DNA from: a bacterium
GTDB taxonomy: Bacteria; Patescibacteriota; Minisyncoccia; Phycocordibacterales; CAIZIN01
Length of the DNA: 64,000 nt
Assembly (NCBI GenBank): GCA_037131675.1
Contig: JBAXQO010000002.1
Location: forward strand, 15,166 to 79,165
Reading direction: 5' to 3'
Below the pieces are notes generated by a model. That model ran no database searches. It was not told where the DNA came from and saw only the letters and a list, made by a program, of their open reading frames with translations. The translations under genes and the position numbers were made by a program. Shown in pieces: positions 17,495-28,315 of this stretch. Within the stretch, counting starts at the first letter, position 1, and each line of letters starts with the position of its first letter.

Positions 17495-18592
17495 ATGAAA
17501 CTATCTATCGGTATCGTAGGTCTACCAAACGTCGGAAAATCGACGCTTTTTAATGCTCTGACAAAAAAGAGTGTGCCTGCAGAAAATTATCCGTTCTGTA
17601 CCATTGACCCATCTGTGGGTGTTGTTCCAGTACCTGATGAACGACTATACAAACTTTCTGAATTTTCAAAAACAAAAAAAACAGTTCCTGCTGTTATAGA
17701 ATTCGTAGATATTGCAGGGCTTGTAAAAGGTGCTTCAGAAGGTGAGGGACTTGGAAACAAATTCTTGTCGCATATTCGAGAGACAGATGCTATTGCGGAG
17801 GTGGTGAGAATTTTTGAAGACTCAAATGTGATTCATGTGGATGGAAAAATAAATCCAGTGAGCGATATTGAAGTGATCAACCTTGAGCTTATTCTCTCCG
17901 ACATGCAGACTGTAGAAAAAAGACTTGGGTCCGTGGAAAAAGATGTGAAGCGAAATGATAAAGTTGCAATAAAAGAAAAAGAAGCACTTGTGAAAGTAAA
18001 GACGACACTAGAGGCAAGTAAATTGGCAAACCAAGCAGAACTCACAGATGAAGAAAAACTTTTGGTAAAGAGTTTGTGTCTTATTACAATGAAGCCGATC
18101 ATGTACATACTCAACAAGAAAGCTGGAGGTACAAACCTGGATGAACTTAAAGATGAGCGCTGGGAAAAGCTAATGAAATTTTTTGAAGAAAATAATGCAA
18201 AGTGGACTTTGGTAGATGCAGGTATTGAACACGAACTTCAAGATATGGAAGGAGAAGAAAAAGAAATGTTTCGTCAGGAACTCGGCGCAAAGGATGACGG
18301 TATAAACAGTTTGATACGCAAAGGTTTTGAACTTCTAAACTTGATTACATATTTTACGACCGGAGTGGAAGAAACTCGTGCGTGGACTATCGAGCGTGGC
18401 TGGGATGCGCCAATGGCAGGAACGGCTATTCATACGGACTTTAAAGATAAATTTATCCGCGCAGAAGTAGTTTTCTGGAGTGATTTATTAGAAGCGGGTT
18501 CATTTGGAGCTGCTCGTGAAAAAGGCATCCTTCGTACAGAAGGAAAAGAATATGTTGTGAAGGATGGGGATGTGATGGAGTTTAAGATATAA
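17495..18592 (+). CDS. ychF: redox-regulated ATPase YchF
   Basis: GIVGLPNVGKSTLFNALT, NYPFCTIDP, DIAGLV..AS.GEGLGNKFL, GKEYVVKDGD. Confidence 0.98.
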   Translation: MKLSIGIVGLPNVGKSTLFNALTKKSVPAENYPFCTIDPSVGVVPVPDERLYKLSEFSKTKKTVPAVIEFVDIAGLVKGASEGEGLGNKFLSHIRETDAIAEVVRIFEDSNVIHVDGKINPVSDIEVINLELILSDMQTVEKRLGSVEKDVKRNDKVAIKEKEALVKVKTTLEASKLANQAELTDEEKLLVKSLCLITMKPIMYILNKKAGGTNLDELKDERWEKLMKFFEENNAKWTLVDAGIEHELQDMEGEEKEMFRQELGAKDDGINSLIRKGFELLNLITYFTTGVEETRAWTIERGWDAPMAGTAIHTDFKDKFIRAEVVFWSDLLEAGSFGAAREKGILRTEGKEYVVKDGDVMEFKI

Positions 18593-18600
18593 TTGAAACC

Positions 18601-19029
18601 ATGAAAAAGGGAATCGACTGCATTGGAAACTGCGTAGTGTATTTTTGCCATGATGGACAAGGTAATTATGTGCTTAATAAAAGGAGTATAAACAGCAGAG
18701 ATGAACAAGGTGCTTGGGATTGTGGAGGTGGGGGAATAGAGGTGGGCGACTCGGTGATTGATACAATAAAAAAGGAAATCAAAGAGGAGTACTGTGCGGA
18801 TGTTCTCGATTATGAATTTCTTGGGTATAGAGATGTTCATCGAGAACATAATAGCAAGAAAACACATTGGATCGCTCTTGATTTCAAGGTTCTCCTGGAT
18901 AGGGAACAAGTAAAAAATGGCGAACCACACAAGTTCGATGAAATCGGCTGGTTCTCATTGGACAATCTTCCAAAACCTCTCCATTCTCAATTCCCTTTCG
19001 CTCTGGAAAAATATAAAAATATACTCTAA
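18601..19029 (+). CDS. NUDIX hydrolase
   Basis: Nudix box GGGIEVGDSVIDTIKKEIKEEY. Confidence 0.88.
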   Translation: MKKGIDCIGNCVVYFCHDGQGNYVLNKRSINSRDEQGAWDCGGGGIEVGDSVIDTIKKEIKEEYCADVLDYEFLGYRDVHREHNSKKTHWIALDFKVLLDREQVKNGEPHKFDEIGWFSLDNLPKPLHSQFPFALEKYKNIL

Positions 19030-19061
19030 TTTAATTTAAGATTAAGAATGTTGTATTTGAC

Positions 19062-19088
19062 GCATTATACCCCCTGGGGGTATAATGC
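19062..19088. promoter_or_regulatory. CsoR operator overlapping TTGACG/TATAAT promoter
   Basis: Perfect inverted repeat GCATTATACCCCC-T-GGGGGTATAATGC with G/C tracts typical of CsoR/RcnR sites. Confidence 0.9.
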
Positions 19089-19093
19089 TTTTT

Positions 19094-19357
19094 ATGAATA
19101 CTCAAAAAGATAAATTAATCCGTCGACTTAAAATTATAGAAGGACAGGTTAGAGGTCTTCAAGAAATGATTTCCAAAGACGAATATTGTATTGATGTTAT
19201 AACCCAAACTTCAGCCGTAAAGCAGGCACTTTCGGGAGTTGAGGATGCTTTGATGCAAAGTCACCTAGGTACTTGTGTGGTACATCAAATACAAAAAGGA
19301 AAAGAAAAAAAAGCTATTGATGAAATATTAAAAGTCTATCAACTAAAAAGAAAATAA
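19094..19357 (+). CDS. csoR: copper-sensing repressor CsoR
   Basis: RLKIIEGQVRGL, C..(24)..H...C ligand pattern; upstream of copA. Confidence 0.92.
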   Translation: MNTQKDKLIRRLKIIEGQVRGLQEMISKDEYCIDVITQTSAVKQALSGVEDALMQSHLGTCVVHQIQKGKEKKAIDEILKVYQLKRK

Positions 19358-19363
19358 TTTAGT

Positions 19364-21625
19364 ATGAAAATAAAAGCTAAAATTATTGGAATGCATTGCG
19401 CTTCGTGTGCTTCAATTATTGAAAAGACACTTAGAAAAGATGACGCGGTCAAAAGTGTATCTGTGAATTTTGGTACTGAAAAGGCAAAGATTGATTTTGA
19501 TGATACACAGACCAATATTTCAAAATTGTCTGAATCTATCAAACCTCTCGGATATGAATTTGTAGAAGAAGACGATATGAACTATGTGGATCATGATATG
19601 TCCAATATTGGTAATGAAAATAAATCAGAAGTCGACGCTCTTAAGAAAAATGTAATTATTGGTCTCTCACTCGCTTTCGTAAGTGTTGTGATCATGGTGT
19701 GGGATATTCTTTCTGGATCTTCAGTGAGGATTGTGCCAGAAATGTCTCCTATTATAAAAACATTTTTTCATCATCTTTTGCCGATAATGGCCACATATAT
19801 GCTTTTTGTTATTGGTCTTCCGTACCTCAAAGGAGTGTGGCGATTCTTTCGTTTTGGTAAAGCAAACATGGATACTTTGATTGGTATTGGAACGGGAATT
19901 GCATTTTTATACAGCTTCATTGTCACAGCATTTGAAAATGTATTACGACCATATTTAAATGTTGATTTTACGTATTATGATGTAACGATTGTTGTTATTG
20001 CACTTATAACATTTGGAAAATATCTCGAAGCAAGTTCAAAAGTAAAAACTGGGGAAGCTATTAAAAAATTAATGCACTTACAAGCGAAGACAGCTATTGT
20101 TGTGCGTAATGGAAAAGAAATCGAATTACCCGTTGATCAAGTTGTAATTGGAGATATTCTTCGTGTAAAACCAGGAATGAAAATTTCAGTTGATGGAGAA
20201 ATTTCAGACGGCATTTCATCTATTGATGAGTCTATGATTACCGGCGAGTCTGTTCCTGTTGATAAAAAAACAGCAGACCTTGTGATTGGTGGAACAATCA
20301 ATAAACAGGGGAGTTTTTTGATGAAAGCAACACAAGTTGGAAAGGATACAATGCTCGCGAAAATCATTTCTATGGTAGAAGATGCTCAGGGTTCAAAAGC
20401 ACCAATTCAGGCGCTAGCTGATAAAATATCTGCAGTCTTTGTTCCTATTGTGTTGGTGATTTCAGTGGTGGCACTATCTGCTTGGCTTTTCTTTGGTATA
20501 ACAACTATTGGTTTTTCGAGTGCACTCTCATACGGGTTGACCGCATTTGTGGGGGTGCTTGTGATTGCTTGTCCTTGTGCTCTCGGACTCGCTACACCAA
20601 CAGCTATTATTGTAGGAGTAGGTAAAGGAGCGGAACGAGGTATTCTTGTTAAAGATGCAGAGAGTCTCCAGAAATTAAGTGAAGTAGATACTGTGGTGTT
20701 TGATAAAACTGGAACAATTACGAAAGGAGAGCCTTCAGTTACGAATATAATTTCTTTTAATGAGAAAATAAATGATCAAGAATTGTTGAAATATGCAGCA
20801 AGCCTCGAAGGCCTTTCAGAACATCCATTGGCACAAGCTATTTTGAATAAAGCAGAAGAAGAGAAAATCCAATTAGAAAAAGTTATAGATTTTGAAGCTC
20901 TCGAGGGTGTTGGGGTGGCTGGTTATCTTCTAGGTGAATTGTTTTCAGTAACGAAACCTAATGCAAATGAAAGAAATAATCAACATATAAATACTTTAGA
21001 GCAAGAAGGTAAGACCGTTGTGATTGTGAAGAAGAACGAAGTTATTCTTGGTATTGTTGCTCTTTCAGATACTATTAAAGATGGTGTAACTGAAACAATC
21101 AAAAGACTCCATGCGCAAAAAATTAAAACAGTTATGCTTACGGGCGATAATGCACGAGCGGCTGCTTTTATTGCTCGTGAAGCTGGTATCGATGAAGTAA
21201 TAGCCGAGGTGTTGCCACAGGACAAAGCAGCAAAAATAAAATCGTTGCAAGAACAGGGTGCAAAAGTTGCAATGGCTGGGGATGGGGTAAATGATGCTCC
21301 AGCTTTGGTACAAGCAGATGTGGGTATTGCAATGGCGACAGGTACCGATGTGGCGATTGAATCCGCGGGTATAACTCTTCTTCAGGGTGATATTCGGAAA
21401 CTTGCAGATGCGATTTCTCTTGCAAAAGCTACAATGCGTACGGTTAAACAAAATCTCTTCTGGGCATTTATTTACAATGTGGTAGGTATACCTTTAGCTG
21501 CTGGTGTTTTATATCCAGTGTGGGGGATTCTATTGAGTCCTGTATTTGCTGGTGTTGCTATGGCGGGAAGTAGTGTGTCGGTGGTCACCAATTCACTTCG
21601 GCTTAAGGTTAAAAAACTTAAATAA
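19364..21625 (+). CDS. copA: Cu(I)-translocating P1B-type ATPase
   Basis: GMHCASC HMA domain, TGES, CPCALGLATP, DKTGT, GDGVNDAP, YN and M..SS motifs. Confidence 0.95.
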   Translation: MKIKAKIIGMHCASCASIIEKTLRKDDAVKSVSVNFGTEKAKIDFDDTQTNISKLSESIKPLGYEFVEEDDMNYVDHDMSNIGNENKSEVDALKKNVIIGLSLAFVSVVIMVWDILSGSSVRIVPEMSPIIKTFFHHLLPIMATYMLFVIGLPYLKGVWRFFRFGKANMDTLIGIGTGIAFLYSFIVTAFENVLRPYLNVDFTYYDVTIVVIALITFGKYLEASSKVKTGEAIKKLMHLQAKTAIVVRNGKEIELPVDQVVIGDILRVKPGMKISVDGEISDGISSIDESMITGESVPVDKKTADLVIGGTINKQGSFLMKATQVGKDTMLAKIISMVEDAQGSKAPIQALADKISAVFVPIVLVISVVALSAWLFFGITTIGFSSALSYGLTAFVGVLVIACPCALGLATPTAIIVGVGKGAERGILVKDAESLQKLSEVDTVVFDKTGTITKGEPSVTNIISFNEKINDQELLKYAASLEGLSEHPLAQAILNKAEEEKIQLEKVIDFEALEGVGVAGYLLGELFSVTKPNANERNNQHINTLEQEGKTVVIVKKNEVILGIVALSDTIKDGVTETIKRLHAQKIKTVMLTGDNARAAAFIAREAGIDEVIAEVLPQDKAAKIKSLQEQGAKVAMAGDGVNDAPALVQADVGIAMATGTDVAIESAGITLLQGDIRKLADAISLAKATMRTVKQNLFWAFIYNVVGIPLAAGVLYPVWGILLSPVFAGVAMAGSSVSVVTNSLRLKVKKLK

Positions 21626-21627
21626 AT

Positions 21628-22650
21628 ATGGAAACTAAACAATATACGCTTCATGTTCGTGGAATGCATTGTAAATCATGTGCTGTTCTCATAGAGCACA
21701 CACTTTCTGAAGTTCCATTTATTAAAAAAGTCCACGCAGATTCAAATGCACACAGTGTAAGCATTGAAGCAGAAACAAATCTGACTTCAGAAGCTCTTGT
21801 TTTGGAACTCACACCTCTTATATCTAAAGATGGTTATATGCTTTCAATAGAAAAACAAAAACACAAAACAAAATGGATAGATTTTATGTATGCGGTACCA
21901 ATTGCGCTTGTACTCATTTTTGGGTTTGTTCTATTACAAAAACTTGGGTTAGTGAATTTGATCACTGCAGACAAAGTGAGTTATCCTGTTGCTTTTGGTA
22001 TTGGGCTTATCGCTTCGATATCTTCATGTCTTGCTGTTGTTGGTGGGTTGTTACTTTCAGTTTCTGCAAACTATGTAAAACAAGGTGGAAAAATAAAACC
22101 CCAGGCTCTATTTCATGTAGGCCGTCTCATTTCATTTTTTGTATTTGGTGGAATCATCGGCGCCATAGGTTCTGCATTTACTCTTAGTGCCACGGCAACT
22201 TTTATTCTTAGTATTCTGGTTGGTCTCGTGATGCTCGTGCTCGGTTTAAATTTACTTGAAGTTTTTCCTTGGGCAAAGAGATTGCAATTTCATATGCCTA
22301 AAAAATTGGCAGTAGGGGCACATACAATGAAAAACATGGAATTTGGTCTAGCACCATTTCTTGTGGGTGTAAGCACATTCTTCTTACCATGCGGTTTTAC
22401 CCAGTCAATGCAAATATATAGTCTTTCTACAGGCAGTTTCGTTACAGGTGCGCTTACAATGACCTTCTTTGCGCTCGGTACATTGCCGGTATTGTCGCTC
22501 ATAAGCTTTACATCTGTTCGTTTTGGTAAAGGGAAGTTTGCAAGTATTTTCTTCAAGTCTGCGGGGATTCTTGTTATTGTGTTTGGAATTTTTACTGTAC
22601 TTAATGGTTTAGTAGCAAAAGGAATTATTACACCTTTTTACAATTTTTAA
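21628..22650 (+). CDS. HMA + DsbD_2/TauE-like membrane protein
   Basis: GMHCKSC N-terminus; SSCLAVVGG and FFLPCG in TM region. Confidence 0.85.
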   Translation: METKQYTLHVRGMHCKSCAVLIEHTLSEVPFIKKVHADSNAHSVSIEAETNLTSEALVLELTPLISKDGYMLSIEKQKHKTKWIDFMYAVPIALVLIFGFVLLQKLGLVNLITADKVSYPVAFGIGLIASISSCLAVVGGLLLSVSANYVKQGGKIKPQALFHVGRLISFFVFGGIIGAIGSAFTLSATATFILSILVGLVMLVLGLNLLEVFPWAKRLQFHMPKKLAVGAHTMKNMEFGLAPFLVGVSTFFLPCGFTQSMQIYSLSTGSFVTGALTMTFFALGTLPVLSLISFTSVRFGKGKFASIFFKSAGILVIVFGIFTVLNGLVAKGIITPFYNF

Positions 22651-22660
22651 TTTAATTTAA

Positions 22661-23074
22661 ATGAGCAAACAAAATATATTTATTATCATTTCTTTGGTCT
22701 TGGTATTTGTGCTTATATTTTTTGCGAGTAGTTCCAGAAACAACCTTGGAAGTAATTCACAAAATAGTAAGGATGATACAAAAGTGGCGGCAGTGCAGAT
22801 TGTAGACGGAAAACAAATAATCGAAGTTGTGGCGCGAGGCGGGTACAATCCCCGTGATGTTGTTGCAAAGGCAAATATACCAACAATACTTCGTATGAAA
22901 ACATCAGGTACTTTTGATTGTTCGGCTGCATTCGTTATACCTTCTCTTGGTATTCAAAAGATGCTGCCTCAAACAGGTGTGACAGACATTGAAATCCCTT
23001 CGCAGACTTCCGGCTCAAATATTGCGGGAACGTGCGGTATGGGTATGTATCGACTCAACATTAATTTCCAATAA
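22661..23074 (+). CDS. membrane-anchored cupredoxin-domain protein
   Basis: N-terminal TM, GGYNP, DC, TCGMGMY. Confidence 0.85.
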   Translation: MSKQNIFIIISLVLVFVLIFFASSSRNNLGSNSQNSKDDTKVAAVQIVDGKQIIEVVARGGYNPRDVVAKANIPTILRMKTSGTFDCSAAFVIPSLGIQKMLPQTGVTDIEIPSQTSGSNIAGTCGMGMYRLNINFQ

Positions 23075-23112
23075 TAATAATCTCTTTTCGGCTGTGGTAT
23101 AATGCACCCAAT

Positions 23113-23421
23113 ATGGAAAATATATACCCAGGAATAGAAGATCATTTTGACTCCATAAGACTTCTTATTTCAAATGCAGAGACTCGTATTAGAGATGAAC
23201 AAGGGGTTAAGGGTACTTGGGAGGCAATTTTTAATAATGTCCTGTCTGTTCTTATTGGAAATATTCATTCGATGTACCTAGAAAATAAGATACAAAAAGA
23301 TGAGTATGATAGATTTCACGCCAGAATTATTGATATTGGTATTAAGGCGCACACAAAAACAGAATTCTCTCCAAGCGAACGTGTCCAGCTTTTAGGGGAA
23401 TTGGAACATATTCTAGATTAA
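23113..23421 (+). CDS. hypothetical protein
   Basis: 102-aa ORF with TATAAT just upstream; 5 bp from the next gene. Confidence 0.65.
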   Translation: MENIYPGIEDHFDSIRLLISNAETRIRDEQGVKGTWEAIFNNVLSVLIGNIHSMYLENKIQKDEYDRFHARIIDIGIKAHTKTEFSPSERVQLLGELEHILD

Positions 23422-23426
23422 AATAT

Positions 23427-25100
23427 ATGACCCAAGACGAGGCTTTCGAAATATTAAAAACTGGAAATAATGTGTTTATCACTGGTTCAGCAGGATCTGG
23501 TAAGACACACCTTATAAACCGTTACATCGCATTTTTACGTGAACACAAAGTTGATGTTGCTGTTACAGCCTCAACTGGTATTGCAGCTACACACATGGGA
23601 GGTGTAACTATTCATTCCTGGAGCGGGCTCGGTGTGCGTGACTCACTTTCAGATTATGATTTGGACTCTCTCGAGTCTCGCCAATATTTATGGAAACGTT
23701 TTGAAAATGTGAAAGTTTTAATCATTGATGAAGTCTCAATGCTCCACCATTTTCGTTTGGATATGGTGGATAAAATCATTCGCCACTTCAGGAGAAATAC
23801 AAAACCATTTGGAGGAATTCAAGTTGTTCTTGTTGGAGATTTTTTTCAACTTCCACCTATTTCTCGAGTTGGCGAGCCAGAAGCACTTTTTGTTTTCAAG
23901 TCTGACGCTTGGCGTGATGCTGGTTTTACTGTTTGTTATCTCACAACTCAATTTCGCCAAACAGATGATGCTTATCTTTCTGTCTTAAATGCGATTCGTG
24001 CAAATGATGCAGACGATGAAGTTCGTGAACATTTGCGTAAACGTTATAAGAAAAAACCACAAATTAATATTGAACCAACTCGTCTTTATACTCACAATGC
24101 TGATGTTGATGGTGTGAATGATAGAGAGCTTGAGCTTGTCTTTGGAGAGGTTACTCAATATACAATGACCCACCGCGGCTCATCAAAACATGTGGAGCTT
24201 TTGAAAAAAAGCTGTCTTGCACCGGAAGTGCTTCGACTTAAGGTAGGAGCTAGGGTAATGTGTGTGAAAAATAATTTTGAAGTAGGGTACGTGAACGGTA
24301 CTTTAGGTATAGTGGAGTCATGTGAACCTTGGGAAGACCCAGTGATACGAACAGCTTCTGGGTTGTCAATAAAAATTCCTCGCGTGAGTTGGCAGATTAC
24401 AGATGAAGACGCAGGAAAAGTAAAAGCAGAAATTACTCAGTATCCATTGCGCTTGGCTTGGGCTATTACAATTCACAAAAGTCAGGGAATGAGTTTGGAT
24501 GCGGTAGAGGTGGACTTATCTCGTTCTTTTGAAAGAGGGATGGGTTATGTGGCGCTTTCCCGCGTGCGCACTCTAGAAGGACTCTCTCTTTTGGGTATGA
24601 ATGAAATTGCCTTTCAGGTAAACGAAGAAGTGCTCGGTTTTGACAGTGAATTAAAAGAGCTCTCGGAAATTGCCAGACAAGCACTTCGTGAGACTAGTCC
24701 TGTGGTGCTTAAGAAAACCCAAGAAGCATTTATTGCTCGAATTTCTGATGTGAAATTAAAAGAGAAAAGTAAAAAAAGAAGTACATACGATGTGACAAAA
24801 GATTTTGTGCTCACTCGCGTACCGCTAAACCAAATCGCAAAAGATAGAGACATGAGTGTGGATACTATTGTTAGTCATATTGAAAAAATAATTGAGGAAG
24901 ATACGACTCTAGATGTGTCATATTTACTTTCACATCTTTCCCCAAAAAAAATACAAAAAATTCGTGAGGCAATAGAGAAAGTAAAAGAATCTTCAGATAA
25001 AGTCTTGCTCACGCCAGTAAGGGAGATTGTTGGTGACAATGTTTCTTTTTTGGATATTCGACTTGTTCGGTTGGTTATGCAGAAAGAGGGGTTAATTTAA
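23427..25100 (+). CDS. PIF1-like SF1B helicase with C-terminal helix-turn-helix
   Basis: GSAGSGKT, IDEVSM, GDFFQLPP, LAWAITIHKSQGMSLD, YVALSR; C-terminal IAKDR.MS..TI.SH. Confidence 0.9.
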   Translation: MTQDEAFEILKTGNNVFITGSAGSGKTHLINRYIAFLREHKVDVAVTASTGIAATHMGGVTIHSWSGLGVRDSLSDYDLDSLESRQYLWKRFENVKVLIIDEVSMLHHFRLDMVDKIIRHFRRNTKPFGGIQVVLVGDFFQLPPISRVGEPEALFVFKSDAWRDAGFTVCYLTTQFRQTDDAYLSVLNAIRANDADDEVREHLRKRYKKKPQINIEPTRLYTHNADVDGVNDRELELVFGEVTQYTMTHRGSSKHVELLKKSCLAPEVLRLKVGARVMCVKNNFEVGYVNGTLGIVESCEPWEDPVIRTASGLSIKIPRVSWQITDEDAGKVKAEITQYPLRLAWAITIHKSQGMSLDAVEVDLSRSFERGMGYVALSRVRTLEGLSLLGMNEIAFQVNEEVLGFDSELKELSEIARQALRETSPVVLKKTQEAFIARISDVKLKEKSKKRSTYDVTKDFVLTRVPLNQIAKDRDMSVDTIVSHIEKIIEEDTTLDVSYLLSHLSPKKIQKIREAIEKVKESSDKVLLTPVREIVGDNVSFLDIRLVRLVMQKEGLI

Positions 25101-25177
25101 ATTAATCATTTTTATATGAATTTGTGATTCTAATAAAAAGTTTTCACAACGGGTTTATAGTTTAAATTCTCAATATA

Positions 25178-25963
25178 TTAATGGGTTGAGTTGTTTGTCA
25201 ACATTTGAAGTTGTTGCTGTAGAAGTAGAAGAAGTTGGGTTTGTAGATTTATGAGCAATGCCTGTCTTCCAGAATCGGATGTCGTGATAGTATTTCCGTT
25301 AGTTGTAGTAAAAGACCGAGTAGAAGATGCTATCGTGTTGCCAGCAGTGTCGGTGATTATTCCTGAAAAATTATACACTGTGTTTGGGGTAAGATTTGTG
25401 ATGCCAACTGATATGTTTCCTTCCGTGCTGGTAATACCATTAGCTGTTATTGATATTCTTGGTTGTAGCACTGTGACCATACTTGAAGATGTGGAATTTG
25501 TACTCGTTGCAACGCTTGTTGTTGCTCCAGTAAAAAATGTATGGTCCCCAGAAGCTCCTTGTATGTTTGAAGATGTGCTCATCGCTATTATCTTAAAATG
25601 GTAGATAGTGTTTGGTATGAGTCCAAAAAGAGTGGATGAGTGATTTGTGGAAGGATCTTGATCCAGTGTTGTAGAGGCTCCATAGAATGTATTTACGCCG
25701 TATACTACGTTAGATATGGCGTTCTGGTTCGTTATCCATGTTATTGTTGCACTCGTGCCATTTTCTGAGCTCGAGGCTACTATCTGAGAAATTATTGGAA
25801 TACCTCCTGATGCCATGTTCTGTGTTGAAGTTCCTGTTGTGTTTGTGGAGGTTGAATATAAGTTTGTTGTTTGTCCAAAAGTTATGAGTGAAGGCAAGAA
25901 TGCTATTGCTGAAACAGCAAATGCTATTACAGAAAATATTTTTAGTGTATATACGTTTCTCAT
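25178..25963 (-). CDS. exported Ser/Thr-rich protein with fibronectin type III-like domains
   Basis: Signal peptide, ATITWIT...VVYG...H...L.GL.PNT.YHF pattern twice, Gln/Leu-rich tail. Confidence 0.75.
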   Translation of the reverse strand: MRNVYTLKIFSVIAFAVSAIAFLPSLITFGQTTNLYSTSTNTTGTSTQNMASGGIPIISQIVASSSENGTSATITWITNQNAISNVVYGVNTFYGASTTLDQDPSTNHSSTLFGLIPNTIYHFKIIAMSTSSNIQGASGDHTFFTGATTSVATSTNSTSSSMVTVLQPRISITANGITSTEGNISVGITNLTPNTVYNFSGIITDTAGNTIASSTRSFTTTNGNTITTSDSGRQALLINLQTQLLLLLQQQLQMLTNNSTH

Positions 25964-26053
25964 AATAAAATAAGAATTAGACTTTCAGTACTATTAATAT
26001 ATACAGTATAGAAAATAGATCGTGAATTTTTCTTGAAGATAAATTTTAAAAAA

Positions 26054-26761
26054 TTAATTTTTACAAAGAGTGTCTAGGAAAGTTTTCAATTCTTCTCCTT
26101 CTATGGCACGGTAGCTACCTACTCCTAGTTTGTTTAATTTAATATTTAATATTCGTACTCGTTGTAGATCAATAACGTCATTAAAAAGCGCGACACACAT
26201 TCGTCTTATTTGGTGTTTTCTACCTTCAGTTAGGGTGATTTTGAAAGTGTTTTCATTAAGAATAGAAACTTTACAAGGTTTAGTTACACAGTCTTCAAGT
26301 TTTACACCAGCTTCCATATTTTTTTTGAAGCTTGAACGTAAGTTTTTATTGGTCTTTACTATATATTCTTTTTCGTGGACATAATCTGGATTAAGGAGTC
26401 GGTCTGTAATGTGTCCATCATTTGTAAGTATTACAAGGCCGTGAGAGTTTTTGTCTAGTCGTCCAACGGGAAATACCCCCTTAAGCGCTGTAGCTTGAAT
26501 AATATCCACTTCACCACGCTGAGGGGAGTGGGTGATAATACCTACCGGTTTGTTATATGCATAATAGAAAAATTTCTTTGCTATACCTCCGCCACGCACC
26601 TCAACAGAGTCGTTTTCTTCAACTTTATCTCCTAGCACAGCTGTTCTGCCATTGATAAAAACCTTTCTTTTTGTAATGAGTTCATCGGCTGCTTTACGAG
26701 TTGAGTGTTTTTTTAGTGCGAGGTATTTGTTGATTCGCATTGGGTATATAGGTTTTTCCAT
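26054..26761 (-). CDS. S4-domain rRNA pseudouridine synthase (RsuA/RluB/RluF family)
   Basis: RINKYLA, NKP, GRLDKNSHGL, EGRKHQIRRM; start 26761 preferred. Confidence 0.92.
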   Translation of the reverse strand: MEKPIYPMRINKYLALKKHSTRKAADELITKRKVFINGRTAVLGDKVEENDSVEVRGGGIAKKFFYYAYNKPVGIITHSPQRGEVDIIQATALKGVFPVGRLDKNSHGLVILTNDGHITDRLLNPDYVHEKEYIVKTNKNLRSSFKKNMEAGVKLEDCVTKPCKVSILNENTFKITLTEGRKHQIRRMCVALFNDVIDLQRVRILNIKLNKLGVGSYRAIEGEELKTFLDTLCKN

Positions 26762-26872
26762 CGGCTGAGTATAGCACAAACTTGACATATGTACACTTTT
26801 TGTTTCAAAAAACATTTGCTTTGTTTGTGGGTGTGGATAAGTTCCTGTGTTCATTAATGTATTATTAGCAGA

Positions 26873-27970
26873 ATGTTTCACTACTCAAAAGTTATAAGTG
26901 TAATTATTTTTATATTTATGGCCCTATGCTCCACACCTAATACTTATGCTTTTTCGTTGGCTCCAAGTTCTGCAACTTCGTTACCTGGATATGTTCGTAT
27001 TTTTTATTATCAAGAAGGAAAAAATGCCAGGAAATCTTTTACAGAAAACCTAGGTTCCGTAGATGTGTTGGCACCACAAACATATTCCTTAAATGCATCA
27101 GGAGAACTTAACGGAAGTGTTAATTCTGACATATTTAAACTAGCTCAGAAAAATAATATTAAAGTGATGCCTCTTGTGACCAATAACGGTTTTGGGCAGG
27201 CATCTATCAAAGCCATCTTAAATGATTCAGTAAAGCAGGATAGGGCAATAGCAATGCTTGTTTTGGAAGCAAAGAAACAGGGGTATTGGGGTTGGCAGGT
27301 TGATTTTGAACAGATGGATTTATCCTACAGAGATGCATTTTCTTCTTTTATAAAAAAACTAGGTGCATCAATGAAGGATGAAGGTCTTGTATTAAGTGTT
27401 GCCGTTATTGCTCAGATATCTGAAAACCCAAGTGATTATCCAAAAAATCTTTGGCAGAGGATAATTGGTGTGTACGATTATGCAGCACTCTCTTCTAGTA
27501 CTGACTTTATAAGCGTTATGTCTTATGATGATCCTGAATCAACGGGTCCGGTGGCTCGATATTCTTGGATGGAAAAAGTAATTGCTCATAGTTTAAAATA
27601 TATTCCAAAAGAAAAATTATCTCTTGGTATACCTCTTTACTATTGGAAGTGGGATACAGCACGTGGAAAAATTGTAGGAATTGGCGGGAATACAACACTT
27701 CAAGAAACTCTGAAAAAATATAAGGTCACAAAAGGTTATAGTGAAAAAGAACAGGCGCCATTTATGAAATATAAAATTGCAAAAAAAAGTTATACAATCT
27801 GGTACGAGAATGCAAAAAGTATAACCAAGAAACTTGAATTGATAACAAAAAATGATTTGTATGGTTTCTCAGCGTGGGCATTAGGTCTTGAGACGGCAGA
27901 GACACATTCTGCTTTTCAAGATGGAGTTTTACAAACAGCTTCCGCTGTATCATCTCTCAGTCTAAGATAA
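26873..27970 (+). CDS. exported GH18 glycoside hydrolase (YaaH/chitinase-like)
   Basis: Signal peptide, WQVDFE, MSYD, LGIPLY, GFSAWALG. Confidence 0.85.
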   Translation: MFHYSKVISVIIFIFMALCSTPNTYAFSLAPSSATSLPGYVRIFYYQEGKNARKSFTENLGSVDVLAPQTYSLNASGELNGSVNSDIFKLAQKNNIKVMPLVTNNGFGQASIKAILNDSVKQDRAIAMLVLEAKKQGYWGWQVDFEQMDLSYRDAFSSFIKKLGASMKDEGLVLSVAVIAQISENPSDYPKNLWQRIIGVYDYAALSSSTDFISVMSYDDPESTGPVARYSWMEKVIAHSLKYIPKEKLSLGIPLYYWKWDTARGKIVGIGGNTTLQETLKKYKVTKGYSEKEQAPFMKYKIAKKSYTIWYENAKSITKKLELITKNDLYGFSAWALGLETAETHSAFQDGVLQTASAVSSLSLR

Positions 27971-28014
27971 TACAAAATCCTCTACAGAAACTATCTGGTA
28001 GAGGATTTTGTATT
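27969..28014. terminator. bidirectional terminator
   Basis: AATACAAAATCCTCTAC / GTAGAGGATTTTGTATT 17-bp inverted repeat between convergent genes. Confidence 0.8.
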
Positions 28015-28015
28015 G

Positions 28016-28204
28016 CTATGCCTGAACTTTTGATTCAAGCCAGCTCAACATCTTATCATCTGACATGTGCATTTCTTTGATTTTATCTGGGTGGCTGCTT
28101 TTTAGGTGATTCATCATTTTTTGAGCAACGTCTTTTTCTGTTCCACCATTAGCTACGAAATCACAATCAATTTTTGGATCAATATCTTTACAAGCTAGTT
28201 TCAT
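28016..28204 (-). CDS. DUF1059 small metal-binding protein
   Basis: CKD.....CDF....H....H pattern. Confidence 0.8.
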   Translation of the reverse strand: MKLACKDIDPKIDCDFVANGGTEKDVAQKMMNHLKSSHPDKIKEMHMSDDKMLSWLESKVQA

Positions 28205-28315
28205 ATTTTTTGTATTAAAGTGACTACTAAGAAAGGTTAGTAAAATCGACCATAATCATAGGCTGATTTATATTCATATTACTATTCTTATCATGAAGAA
28301 GGTGTGAAGTGGTAT